Positions 31,362 through 40,854 of a stretch of DNA of 64,000 bases are shown here, piece after piece. The DNA lies in assembly GCA_051531975.1 (NCBI GenBank), contig JAOPTT010000006.1:256656-320655 (forward strand), read 5' to 3'. Made by a program: the position numbers and the translations under genes. Origin of the DNA: Spirochaetaceae bacterium (GTDB lineage Bacteria > Spirochaetota > Spirochaetia > DSM-2461). Position 1 is the stretch's first letter; every line of letters begins with the position of its first letter. The notes under the pieces were generated by a model. The model searched no databases. It was given only the letters and a program-made list of their open reading frames with translations, and was not told where the DNA came from.

Positions 31362-32096
31362 TTAATCCTTTAAAAGCGTAATATTCGCAATATTATATTC
31401 ATTAGGTAATTTTAAATCTTTAATTATTTTTCCATCAGATATTCTTATCTTAGAAATAGATTCTTTTATTAAGCTCATGTTTAAAGATGAATCAGTTGTT
31501 ATCATATAAAACTTTTCAAAATAAGGTGCATTATCTAACGTATATGAAGTAGGTAGGGTAATCTCTTTTCCAATATCTAAATATGTTGTTTCATATATAT
31601 CCTCAGGAAAATGGTATGTAATGTTATTTAATCCATCAATAGAAAATATAACTCCATACTTATCTTTAGAAAGATAGGTAATCTGCAGTAAACTATTTTC
31701 ATTTACTTTATCAAGGTTTTTAAGTTTACTAATTAGATCACTATCTTTTTTGTATATATTTAAAGTATTAACTCCCTTTAAATATATTATTTCTGGATCC
31801 CCATTTATTTCATGTGGAAGAATATTGAATACTATAATTAAACATGCAGCAGCAGCTAAAGTTGTTATGGTTTTTAAAGGAAAATTTATAATCTTTTTCT
31901 TTTTGGTTTCTACTTGGGTCTGGGCGGCTAATTTTTTAATATCAAATTTTTCGAAAAAGTCTTTATTATCCTGCTCAATATAGTCTAAGTATTCAGTATC
32001 CTCTGCACCCAAAATTATATTCGCATTCTGTACTTGAGATAATTCATCTAATTTATATTGTTCTAATTTTATATTATATCTTCTATCTTCTTTCAT
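31362..32096 (-). CDS. Putative single-pass membrane anti-sigma factor with a DUF4384-like extracytoplasmic domain
   Basis: Short helical N-terminus (LEQYKLDEL), TM at aa ~77-93, C-terminal LQITY...GVIFSIDG...HFP...SYTLDNAP domain; ATG abuts the sigma stop. Confidence 0.7.
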   Translation of the reverse strand: MKEDRRYNIKLEQYKLDELSQVQNANIILGAEDTEYLDYIEQDNKDFFEKFDIKKLAAQTQVETKKKKIINFPLKTITTLAAAACLIIVFNILPHEINGDPEIIYLKGVNTLNIYKKDSDLISKLKNLDKVNENSLLQITYLSKDKYGVIFSIDGLNNITYHFPEDIYETTYLDIGKEITLPTSYTLDNAPYFEKFYMITTDSSLNMSLIKESISKIRISDGKIIKDLKLPNEYNIANITLLKD

Positions 32097-32570
32097 TTAT
32101 TTCTCCTCAAGTAATAATGATTTTTTCCGTAGATTCCTTAGTCTTTTTCTAACACCAGAAACAGATAAACCAACTTGTTTTGCAGTTTCCTCTAAAGTAA
32201 AACCATCAACATAATGTAAGACTGCAATAGTTTTTGTTGTTGGTTTTTCTTTCTTAAACAGTTCATCTAAAAACATGTGAGTAATAATTTGTTTTTCAGT
32301 ATTATCACTGCTTGCTATGATAGACAAAATTTCATCAGACTCACATTCAGGTGTTTTTTTGCTTTTTCTAATTATATTTAGACAGATATTTGTAGCAATT
32401 GTATAAAGTAAACTTGATGGTGCATCCATCGTTAATACATCTTTTTTATTAATAAGTTGCACAAATACATCCTGCATTGCTTCTGAAGCTGAATCTTCAT
32501 TTTTAAGCATTGTTCTACACCGCCTGTAAACCATTGGTCCATATTTTTTGTATAAAAGTTCAATATCCAT
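32097..32570 (-). CDS. ECF (sigma-70 group 4) RNA polymerase sigma factor
   Basis: LYKKYGPMVYRRC...AMQDVF...LYTIATNICLN (sigma2); HYVDGFTLEETAKQVGLSVSGVRKRL (sigma4). Confidence 0.93.
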   Translation of the reverse strand: MDIELLYKKYGPMVYRRCRTMLKNEDSASEAMQDVFVQLINKKDVLTMDAPSSLLYTIATNICLNIIRKSKKTPECESDEILSIIASSDNTEKQIITHMFLDELFKKEKPTTKTIAVLHYVDGFTLEETAKQVGLSVSGVRKRLRNLRKKSLLLEEK

Positions 32571-32704
32571 TCTTAATCCTATCTATTTAAAACATTTTTT
32601 TTATTAAGTGTTACCATAAAATATATAATTTTAGCTTTTTTTTCATTAGTAAAAGCATACATTTTTATCTATTTATTGTAATATTCGAATATTAGGAGAT
32701 ATAA

Positions 32705-33145
32705 ATGGCATTAGACATGAGTTTTAAAGGAAAAGAATTTCCTTCTTACAGTTTTAAAGTTGAACATTGTAAAATAAAAGAAATTTGCGGTGCAATTGGT
32801 GATCAAAACCCAATTTATTTTGATACTAATGAAGCTAAAGAACAGGGATATAAAGATAGCCCAGCACCATTAACATTTGCTTCGTTAATGAGTTTTTGGG
32901 GTTATCCTGAAATATGGGATAGAATGACTGAAATTGGTATCGATATTAAACGTTTACTTCATGCAAAAGAGGAATATGAATATCTAGAACTAATATATCC
33001 AGGTGATGATCTAGTTGGTACAGTTTCTGTAGACTCTTTAAGAGATGGAAAAATGCAGATGGCTTGTTTTAAAACAACATTTAAACGTAATGGTCAAGAT
33101 GTATTAATCGCGAAGATGACCATTATGGTTCCACCAAGTAATTAG
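32705..33145 (+). CDS. MaoC-like dehydratase N-terminal / FAS1-like hotdog protein
   Basis: AIGDQNPIYFD..EA...GY...PAPLTF and LLHAKEEYEY...IYPGD motifs. Confidence 0.85.
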   Translation: MALDMSFKGKEFPSYSFKVEHCKIKEICGAIGDQNPIYFDTNEAKEQGYKDSPAPLTFASLMSFWGYPEIWDRMTEIGIDIKRLLHAKEEYEYLELIYPGDDLVGTVSVDSLRDGKMQMACFKTTFKRNGQDVLIAKMTIMVPPSN

Positions 33146-33155
33146 GGAGATTTTC

Positions 33156-33569
33156 ATGAAATTAGATATTAGTAAATTAAACGTTGGGGATATAATCCCA
33201 GAATATACATTCGATGAAGTTACTCAGGTGCAGCTAATTAAATATGCTGGTGCTGCAGGTGATTTTAATCCTATACATACAATTCCTGCTTTTGCAAAGG
33301 AAGCGGGTTTAGATGGCACTATTGCTCATGGAATGCTTATTATGGGTATGTTAGGAAAGCTTATTTCAGATTGGTCTGGAATTAAACATGTAACAAAATA
33401 TGGTGTTAGTTTTAAGAGTAAAACTGTACCAGGTGATATATTAACAGCCAGAGGTGAGATTAAAAAAATTACACCAAACGATGGTTTTACATTAGTTGAT
33501 TGCAAAGTTAATATTATCGACTCAAAAGGTGATCTAAAAGTTGATGGAAAATTAACAATAAAATTATAG
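33156..33569 (+). CDS. MaoC-family (R)-specific hydratase/dehydratase
   Basis: Hydratase motif YAGAAGDFNPIH...IAHGML. Confidence 0.9.
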   Translation: MKLDISKLNVGDIIPEYTFDEVTQVQLIKYAGAAGDFNPIHTIPAFAKEAGLDGTIAHGMLIMGMLGKLISDWSGIKHVTKYGVSFKSKTVPGDILTARGEIKKITPNDGFTLVDCKVNIIDSKGDLKVDGKLTIKL

Positions 33570-34406
33570 TTATACATCCCCAAGTAAAATTGAGGGATTA
33601 ACAGGTTCTCCATCTAAATGAATTTCAAAATGTAGATGGGGACCAGTTGATTTCCCAGAATTCCCAGTTTGAGCAACATAATCACCCTTATTAACTTTTA
33701 TCTTTTCTGCAATTAATATTTTTTCTAAATGATAATAATGAGATGAGTATCCATTTGGATGTAGTATAATTAAATAATTACCATAAAAATCAGAATACCC
33801 AATATTAGATATTATTCCATCATAAGGAGTAAATATTTTACTACCATAAGTAGCTTTTAAATCAAGTCCTGAATGAAACTCATTTTTCTTCGTAAATGGA
33901 TTTTCACGTAGTCCAAAACCTGAAGTAACTATCATATCCGAAAGTGGACTTCTAAATGGAGTTATTAAGAAATTTAACCTTTTATCTCCTGTAAATCTTT
34001 GACCAGGTGTAAAATAATATTTTATTTCATCTATTTTTATAATTTCAGCTTTATCATTAGTTCTTGAGTCTGTAAATAAACCTGAACAACTAGGTATCAT
34101 AATTGTTTTGAAAGCTTTAAAAAACAGCTGATTATCAATCTTATTTAAACTTGCTATAGAGTCATATGGTAAATTGAACCTCGATGCTACAGAAAAAAGG
34201 GTGTCTATTTTTTTTATTTTATATGTAAAAAATTGTAATGGTAAGTGTGATTTGTTTTGGTTTAATCTTCTACTGTTTTCAGTTATTTCAGCTTGTACTT
34301 GTTTAAATAATACATCACTATTTTTAGTAGTTACTTCTGGGTGTATACCGTATAAATATGAGTTTAATAGAAGTAAAATAATGATTAACTTACTTTTTAA
34401 ATGCAA
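33570..34406 (-). CDS. LysM + M23 family peptidoglycan metallopeptidase
   Basis: LysM (YKIKKIDTLFSVASRF); HSGLD and STGPHLHFE; start probably TTG 34406 rather than 34457. Confidence 0.88.
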   Translation of the reverse strand: MHLKSKLIIILLLLNSYLYGIHPEVTTKNSDVLFKQVQAEITENSRRLNQNKSHLPLQFFTYKIKKIDTLFSVASRFNLPYDSIASLNKIDNQLFFKAFKTIMIPSCSGLFTDSRTNDKAEIIKIDEIKYYFTPGQRFTGDKRLNFLITPFRSPLSDMIVTSGFGLRENPFTKKNEFHSGLDLKATYGSKIFTPYDGIISNIGYSDFYGNYLIILHPNGYSSHYYHLEKILIAEKIKVNKGDYVAQTGNSGKSTGPHLHFEIHLDGEPVNPSILLGDV

Positions 34407-34818
34407 ACCTAAAATATCCAAAAACAAAAAACAGTATCCCAGTGAAAATAAGTCCAAAGATTACATTTGTCGAATATAAATAAATTGAAGATAATAATAT
34501 TAGTAATGTTAAGCTGATTTGTAATATTTTTTTTACAAAAGGCCAAACTATTGTTTTTACTGTATACTTGAAACCATTTTTATAGGTATAGACAGATAAT
34601 TTAAATATAAAAAAGCCAATAATTAATATACCAAAAGTAGATAAAACAACAAAGGTATACTTAGAAGGGGAAGTATTTGCTAAAGACCATAGTGGGTAAA
34701 CAATTAAAATTGATGTTGCAAATACAAATAAAAGAAAAGTAAAAAATTTAATAATCGAAATCAATTTTTTTAAACTTTCCACTAGGATTTTTGAATAACC
34801 CTTTAATATTTTTACCAT
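34390..34818 (-). CDS. Hypothetical membrane protein
   Basis: About four hydrophobic segments; AGGAG RBS; operonic with its neighbours. Confidence 0.7.
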   Translation of the reverse strand: MVKILKGYSKILVESLKKLISIIKFFTFLLFVFATSILIVYPLWSLANTSPSKYTFVVLSTFGILIIGFFIFKLSVYTYKNGFKYTVKTIVWPFVKKILQISLTLLILLSSIYLYSTNVIFGLIFTGILFFVFGYFRFAFKK

Positions 34819-34828
34819 ATGTTACTCC

Positions 34829-35656
34829 TTAAAGAAAATTTGACAACAAAATTTCCGGTACAGATCTCTCTCCAGCACCAATTCCAAGTATTCTATCATT
34901 GATATTTTTACCATGATAATCTGAACCACCAGAAACAATCAATCTTAACTTTGATGCAATCTTTTCAAATTTATCACATTCTTTCTTTTTATTACTTCCA
35001 TGCCACGCTTCAATTCCATCTAGGCCTATTTTTTTATATTCATTAAAAATACTTTCAGTTTTACTCCAAGCAATATGTAAAGATTTTGGATGTGCAATAA
35101 TAGCTTTACCACCAGCACCATGAATTAACCTTATTGCTTCTTTTAAAGTTAAAGACTCTTTTTCAACAAAATATGGTGATCCTGGGTTTAAAAAATTACT
35201 AAAAGCATCATTTTGGTCTTTAGCATAACCCTTATCAACTAAACATCTACTAAAATGTGGTCTCGCTATAATATCACCACCAGCTAAAGATTTAACATCT
35301 GAATAAGAAATATCTATATTATCTCTATTTAATAGTTTAATTATCTCTATATTTCTAACATTTCTATAATTTTTTACAATTTCTAGTTTTTGATTTAATT
35401 CTCCATCAAGTTCTTTTAAACCTAATCCTAATAGATGAAACTCTCCACTATATGGATGATATATCTCAATTTCGACACCAGGAACAAAGATTATGGAATT
35501 TTTTTTTGCTGCACTATTTCCTTCACTTAGCCCTGCTAAAGTATCATGGTCAGTTATAGCAATTGCTTTTAAACCTATCTTTTTAGCCTCATTTATTAAT
35601 TCTGTAGGAGTTAATGAACCATCAGAACAAGTTGTGTGTGTATGTAAATCAATCAT
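34829..35656 (-). CDS. PHP-domain phosphoesterase (YciV/TrpH-like)
   Basis: [25 protein letters not shown] and GGSDYHG; start ATG 35656. Confidence 0.92.
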   Translation of the reverse strand: MIDLHTHTTCSDGSLTPTELINEAKKIGLKAIAITDHDTLAGLSEGNSAAKKNSIIFVPGVEIEIYHPYSGEFHLLGLGLKELDGELNQKLEIVKNYRNVRNIEIIKLLNRDNIDISYSDVKSLAGGDIIARPHFSRCLVDKGYAKDQNDAFSNFLNPGSPYFVEKESLTLKEAIRLIHGAGGKAIIAHPKSLHIAWSKTESIFNEYKKIGLDGIEAWHGSNKKKECDKFEKIASKLRLIVSGGSDYHGKNINDRILGIGAGERSVPEILLSNFL

Positions 35657-35771
35657 TAATATAAATCTACTTTTTATTTTATTATTTTGAAATAGGTATA
35701 TGTAATTTAATAAAGTTATTGACATCTATACGCGGGGTCTTTTATTATTAAACTATAAAATAGGAGAATTA

Positions 35772-36731
35772 ATGGGCATTAAAACAATAAGGTATAAAGC
35801 AAACTCAATTGTTTATTTCAAAGGAGATGCCCCTAAACGAGTATATATTTTAAAAAAAGGATCATTAGTAACAAAAGCTACTGATTTAAAAACCAATGAT
35901 GACATTCTTACAATGATAAAAGTTGGTGAATTTATTGGTGTAAAAAACGTAATAAGTAATCAACCATATTCTGAAACTGTTACAACATTATCTGATTCTG
36001 AATTAGTAGCATTTAATAAAGAAGATTTTGAAGGATTTATTCTTGGTAATAATCGAATAATGATGCAAACATTAGTCGTTTTTTCAAATCAGTTACGAAA
36101 AATACATAATGATATTAAAGAATTAAATGATCAAAAAATTGAATCTTATACAACTCCAGAAACTGAAGATAACTTATTTGATCTTGGTAAATATTTTATT
36201 AAGCAAAGTAAATCTGAATATAGTAATTATTGTTTTAAGAGATATAAAGAAGTTTATCCATCTGGTAAATACACTGATTCAATAGATAGTGGTAATTTTT
36301 CTTCGCCAAGTTCTTCTGAAAGTTCTTATAGTGATGACTTTGAACAAGAAGCTGTAGATGATGATGAAATAGCTTTATATTTTCAAGAGGGTCAAAATTA
36401 TCTTTCTGAACAAAATTTTGTAAAGGCTATAGAATGTTTTACTAAAGTAATTGAAATTGGTGATAGTACTTATATGGGGAATGCTCTATTCTTTAATGGT
36501 GCATGTTTGTATAAACAAATGGAATATAAAGCTTGTATTCAAAATTATGCAACATTTTTAACTGACCATAAAAAACATGAAAAATTAAATGAGGTTCTAT
36601 TTTATGTCGGTAGTTCATATAAAGAGCTTGGTGATGAAACTCAAGCTACACAATTTTTAAAGCAAGTTATGAAAAGAGCAGAAGGTACACCTTTAGCACA
36701 ATTAGCCTTAAAAGAATTTAAAGGATTATAA
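35772..36731 (+). CDS. Cyclic-nucleotide-binding domain protein with TPR repeats
   Basis: VYFKGD...VYILKKG...GEFIG cNMP domain; Ser/acidic linker; TPR/YfiO-like C-terminus. Confidence 0.8.
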   Translation: MGIKTIRYKANSIVYFKGDAPKRVYILKKGSLVTKATDLKTNDDILTMIKVGEFIGVKNVISNQPYSETVTTLSDSELVAFNKEDFEGFILGNNRIMMQTLVVFSNQLRKIHNDIKELNDQKIESYTTPETEDNLFDLGKYFIKQSKSEYSNYCFKRYKEVYPSGKYTDSIDSGNFSSPSSSESSYSDDFEQEAVDDDEIALYFQEGQNYLSEQNFVKAIECFTKVIEIGDSTYMGNALFFNGACLYKQMEYKACIQNYATFLTDHKKHEKLNEVLFYVGSSYKELGDETQATQFLKQVMKRAEGTPLAQLALKEFKGL

Positions 36732-36734
36732 ATT

Positions 36735-37370
36735 ATGGATATGTCTATATTTAAGAAATTTGAGGTTCGTTACTCCACAGGTGATATGATCTTTTGCGAA
36801 TTTGAACCTGGAAACGAATTCTTTCTAATTCAGACAGGATCTGTTAGAGTTGTTAAGGTTATTAACGGAGTTGAAAAAACTTTAGACGTTTTAAAGGCAG
36901 GGGAATTCTTTGGTGAAATGGCAATTTTAGAAAACGCTCCTAGAAGCGCATCTATTATTGCCCATGAAGACTCAGTATTATTAGAATTTAATAGAGATAA
37001 CTTTGAAATGTTAATGAAGGGTCAACCACAACTAGCTTATAATCTTTTAAAAATTCTATCTAAGCGTATTTTTGATCAGAGAAGACGATTTATGACTCTT
37101 ACAATTGATGATTTAGAAATTAAAGTTTATGACGTATTTATTATGTTAATTGAGAAACAAACAAATTTTGGATTATTAAAACCAAATACTGTAATTGATG
37201 CTTCAGCGGATGATATAGCACATTGGGCAGGAATACCCATTCATGAGTGTAATGGAATACTAGATAAATTAATTTCAAACAATAAAATAGAAATGTCCAA
37301 GAACCAAATTATTATAAAAAAACCTGATTCATTAAAAAGGTCTGTATCCCAGCATAGAAAAAGTTCTTAA
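36735..37370 (+). CDS. Crp/Fnr-family transcriptional regulator
   Basis: GEFFGEMAIL..APRSAS cNMP pocket; C-terminal HTH. Confidence 0.88.
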   Translation: MDMSIFKKFEVRYSTGDMIFCEFEPGNEFFLIQTGSVRVVKVINGVEKTLDVLKAGEFFGEMAILENAPRSASIIAHEDSVLLEFNRDNFEMLMKGQPQLAYNLLKILSKRIFDQRRRFMTLTIDDLEIKVYDVFIMLIEKQTNFGLLKPNTVIDASADDIAHWAGIPIHECNGILDKLISNNKIEMSKNQIIIKKPDSLKRSVSQHRKSS

Positions 37371-37852
37371 AAAAGATACAAGACACCAATGTTCACAAAT
37401 AAACGGTTTGTTTCTTCATCTTGAAAATTATAATTGTATGATACATAAAGGCAATATTTCCAAAACTGATCAATGTTCCATTCTAGCCCAGTTTGAGCAT
37501 GTAAAAATGTATTAAATGATTCATCTGTTAAGTTATTAAAATCAAAGTTATTTAGACCTAAACCTGCTCCAATAGATATTGGTAATGACAACCTTGTATT
37601 TAAATTAATGTTATAACCTATATTTCCCAATAGAGATGTATAATTTTCATGCATAATTCTTATAGAACCACCCCAAAAAAACTCTTCTGTAATGAACCTT
37701 GAAAGAGATAATGTTGTACCTCTAATAATATTGCTTTCAGACAAAATCGGGTTAAGAGTAAAATTTAAATTAAAAAAAGTTTTTATATCTTCTTGAGAAA
37801 AAGTAGTGGTAGATAAAGATATTAAAAATATAAATATAAATATTTTCTTCAA
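37367..37852 (-). CDS. Small outer-membrane beta-barrel-like protein
   Basis: Signal peptide; alternating amphipathic strands; terminal GVLYLF. Confidence 0.55.
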   Translation of the reverse strand: MKKIFIFIFLISLSTTTFSQEDIKTFFNLNFTLNPILSESNIIRGTTLSLSRFITEEFFWGGSIRIMHENYTSLLGNIGYNINLNTRLSLPISIGAGLGLNNFDFNNLTDESFNTFLHAQTGLEWNIDQFWKYCLYVSYNYNFQDEETNRLFVNIGVLYLF

Positions 37853-37992
37853 GTGAATTCCTTATGTTTAATATATAAAATTTATATTTTTTATTTATAG
37901 GTGTCAACATAGTAGTTTTTATAGCTAAAAATAGCATTAAATATGTACATTTACTTATTAATTATGATAAAAATAATATAAGAGGAATATGA

Positions 37993-38871
37993 ATGGGAAA
38001 TATAATAGATGGTAAGAAGATTGCCAAAGAGATTAGAGAAGAATTAAGGCTTGAAGCTTTAGAGCTTAAAAAGAAAAATATAGTACCTGGTTTAGCTGTT
38101 ATATTAGTTGGAGAAGATCCTGCAAGTATGTCTTATGTTACTGGAAAAAAAAGAGCATGTGAAGAAGTTGGTATTTTATCAAAAAGTTACGAACTAAGTG
38201 CTGAAACTAAAGAGACTGATCTTTTAAATCTTGTAGAAAAACTAAATAAAGATAACGAAATTAATGGAATATTAGTTCAACTTCCATTACCCAAACATAT
38301 AGATGAATTAAAAGTTATTAACGCAATTGCTCCACAAAAAGATGTGGACGGATTTCATCCTGTTAGTATAGGGAATATGATGATAGGTGTTGATACATTT
38401 TTACCATGTACTCCTTTTGGAATATTAAAATTATTAGAAAGAGAAAATGTTAAAACTGAAGGTGCTGAAGTTGTTGTTGTTGGCCGTAGTAATACAGTTG
38501 GTGCACCAGTTGCAAATATGTTATTTAAAAAAGCAACTCCTGGAAATGCAACAGTTACAATATGCCATACTAGAACAAAAAATTTAAAAGAGCATTGTCT
38601 AAAAGCTGACATATTAATTGCTGCAGCTGGAATGCCACATATGATAACCAAAGATATGATCAAAGAAAATGCTGTCGTAATAGATGTAGGTGTTAATAGA
38701 GTTGAAGATAGCAGTAAAAAGAGTGGTTATCGTCTTATTGGTGATGTTGAATTCGATGGTGCTAAAGAGGTTGCATCAAAAATAACTCCAGTACCAGGTG
38801 GTGTTGGGCCAATGACTATAACTATGCTTATGTATAACACTGTACAATCAGCAATTAGAGCAAATAAATAA
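37993..38871 (+). CDS. folD: Bifunctional methylene-THF dehydrogenase / methenyl-THF cyclohydrolase
   Basis: GILVQLPLP, KDVDGFHP, PCTP and ITPVPGGVGPMT motifs. Confidence 0.97.
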   Translation: MGNIIDGKKIAKEIREELRLEALELKKKNIVPGLAVILVGEDPASMSYVTGKKRACEEVGILSKSYELSAETKETDLLNLVEKLNKDNEINGILVQLPLPKHIDELKVINAIAPQKDVDGFHPVSIGNMMIGVDTFLPCTPFGILKLLERENVKTEGAEVVVVGRSNTVGAPVANMLFKKATPGNATVTICHTRTKNLKEHCLKADILIAAAGMPHMITKDMIKENAVVIDVGVNRVEDSSKKSGYRLIGDVEFDGAKEVASKITPVPGGVGPMTITMLMYNTVQSAIRANK

Positions 38872-38897
38872 TAAATTAATATAAGGAGAAAAGGTTT

Positions 38898-39584
38898 ATG
38901 GCTCTTAATAGAGTAAGTAAAATTGACCAAAACATCATTGTTAAAAATGTATTAATTAGTGTTTCTGATAAAAGTAATATAGAGTTACTAGTAGAAGGGT
39001 TAATTAGTACAAATTCAGAAGTTAATATTTTTTCTACTGGTGGTACTTTTACTAAAATAAAAGAATACCTTGGAGAAAATTGGGCCAAGAACCTTCGTGC
39101 TGTATCTGATTTTACTGGACAACCTGAAATGCAGGGTGGACTAGTAAAAACATTGGATTTTAAAATATATTTAGGAATTCTTAGTGAAACATACAATGAG
39201 TTTCATAGGTCAGATCTACTAAGGACTGAAGGGGTAGCATTAGATATGGTTATTGTTAACTTATACCCTTTTAAGGAGACGATTAGTCTATCTGGAGTAA
39301 CTGTAGAAGATGCTAGAGCTAATATTGATATTGGTGGACCATGTATGTTAAGAGCAAGTGCAAAGAACTACTTAAGAGTGGCTTCTGTATCTGATCCTAA
39401 GTTCTATTCTGATATAGTTAAGGAACTTAAAACTAATAATGGTATGTTATCACTTAGTACTAGATTTAAATGTGCTCAGAACTCATTTTCCCATACTGCA
39501 AGTTATGACAGTGCAATTAGTGAGTTTTTATTAAAACAAGAGATGGATATTGTTTCATCTCAATATGATTTCCAGGATAAATAG
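38898..39584 (+). CDS. purH: PurH N-terminal half (IMP cyclohydrolase, MGS-like domain) as a separate gene
   Basis: LISVSDK, STGGT, GGLVKTL, VNLYPF and NIDIGGP..LRASAKN motifs. Confidence 0.85.
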   Translation: MALNRVSKIDQNIIVKNVLISVSDKSNIELLVEGLISTNSEVNIFSTGGTFTKIKEYLGENWAKNLRAVSDFTGQPEMQGGLVKTLDFKIYLGILSETYNEFHRSDLLRTEGVALDMVIVNLYPFKETISLSGVTVEDARANIDIGGPCMLRASAKNYLRVASVSDPKFYSDIVKELKTNNGMLSLSTRFKCAQNSFSHTASYDSAISEFLLKQEMDIVSSQYDFQDK

Positions 39585-40838
39585 ATGAAAAAAGACTTAA
39601 AGCAAGCATATAAAACTATTAATACAGATTCTTTTCCAAATAATATGGAAGTATCATTTTATAATGATGATACTGATAAACAGACAATGACATATGAAAA
39701 GGTTACTTGGAATATAGATGGTGAAGAGAAAGGTTTAAGATATGGAGAAAATCCATGCCAGCCAGCAGCATTATATAAATTAATTAATGGTAACTTACAC
39801 TTCGGTGAAGTTGAAACTATTCAGCCTGGTAACTATTTAGGTTCAGATGTTGAACTCCTACAATCTGGAAAACATCCTGGAAAGATAAATATTGCTGATA
39901 TTGATAGTGCATTAAATATATTAAGATATATGATCGATGAACCAACTACAATTATAGTAAAACATAATAATCCTTGTGGTGTTGCAAAAGGTAATTCACC
40001 TTTAGATTCATATTATAAAGCATTAATGGCTGATAGAATAGCAGCGTTTGGTGGTGCTATAGCAGTAAATAGAGAAATTGATTTAGAGACAGCAAATAAG
40101 ATGGTTGAATATTATCATGAAGTAATTATAGCTCCTTCATTTGCTGATGGTGTTTTAGAAGTATTTGCAACTAAAAAGAATCTAAGAGTTGTTAGAGTTA
40201 AAAATATGAAGAGACTACAGTCATTTGCAAAAGAGAGAGTTTTAGAAGTCAAAGCAATGATTGATGGTGGTATGATGGTTCAGTACTCATACTCTCCAGA
40301 AGCTCAAAGTTCATCTGATTTTTTACCTGCGGAGACAACATATAGAGGTACTGACTATAAAGTTGATCGACAACCTACTGCTAAGGAATTAGATGATATG
40401 ATTTTTGGATGGTTAGTTGAAGCTGGTGTTACAAGTAACTCTGTTATTTATGTGAAAGATGGTGCTACAGTTGGAATAGGTACTGGTGAACAAGATAGAG
40501 TAGGGGTTGCTGAAATTGCAATTGATAAAGCATATAGAAAACTAGCAGATAGAAAAGCATGGGAGAAATATAAAACACCATTTAATCTATTAACAGAAGA
40601 GAATGTCAAAAAAGAAATTCTTGACGAAGTTGAAAATGAAAAAGGTGGTTTAATTGGAAGTATCATGATTTCTGATGCATTTTTTCCATTTAGAGATGGT
40701 GCAGATATTGGATTAAAGCAAGGTGTTACTGCTATAGTTCAGCCTGGTGGATCAATAAGAGATTTCGAAACTATAGAAGCATGTAATGAAAATGGTGCAA
40801 CTATGGTCTACACAGGACAGAGAAGTTTTAGACATTAA
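39585..40838 (+). CDS. purH: PurH C-terminal half (AICAR transformylase)
   Basis: LRYGENPCQ, KHNNPCG, AFGG, SNSV, SDAFFPFRD, QPGGSIRD and terminal FRH. Confidence 0.9.
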   Translation: MKKDLKQAYKTINTDSFPNNMEVSFYNDDTDKQTMTYEKVTWNIDGEEKGLRYGENPCQPAALYKLINGNLHFGEVETIQPGNYLGSDVELLQSGKHPGKINIADIDSALNILRYMIDEPTTIIVKHNNPCGVAKGNSPLDSYYKALMADRIAAFGGAIAVNREIDLETANKMVEYYHEVIIAPSFADGVLEVFATKKNLRVVRVKNMKRLQSFAKERVLEVKAMIDGGMMVQYSYSPEAQSSSDFLPAETTYRGTDYKVDRQPTAKELDDMIFGWLVEAGVTSNSVIYVKDGATVGIGTGEQDRVGVAEIAIDKAYRKLADRKAWEKYKTPFNLLTEENVKKEILDEVENEKGGLIGSIMISDAFFPFRDGADIGLKQGVTAIVQPGGSIRDFETIEACNENGATMVYTGQRSFRH

Positions 40839-40854
40839 TAGTTAGGAAGGTATT

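Noticed and set aside
37853..37992. Possible ZMP/ZTP or THF riboswitch upstream of folD-purH
   Set aside because: The region is almost pure A/T with none of the conserved GC-containing aptamer motifs.
39582..39584. Pyrrolysine or amber recoding at the purH junction
   Set aside because: No pyl genes are in the window, other genes here end normally at TAG, and the downstream half has its own ATG and RBS.
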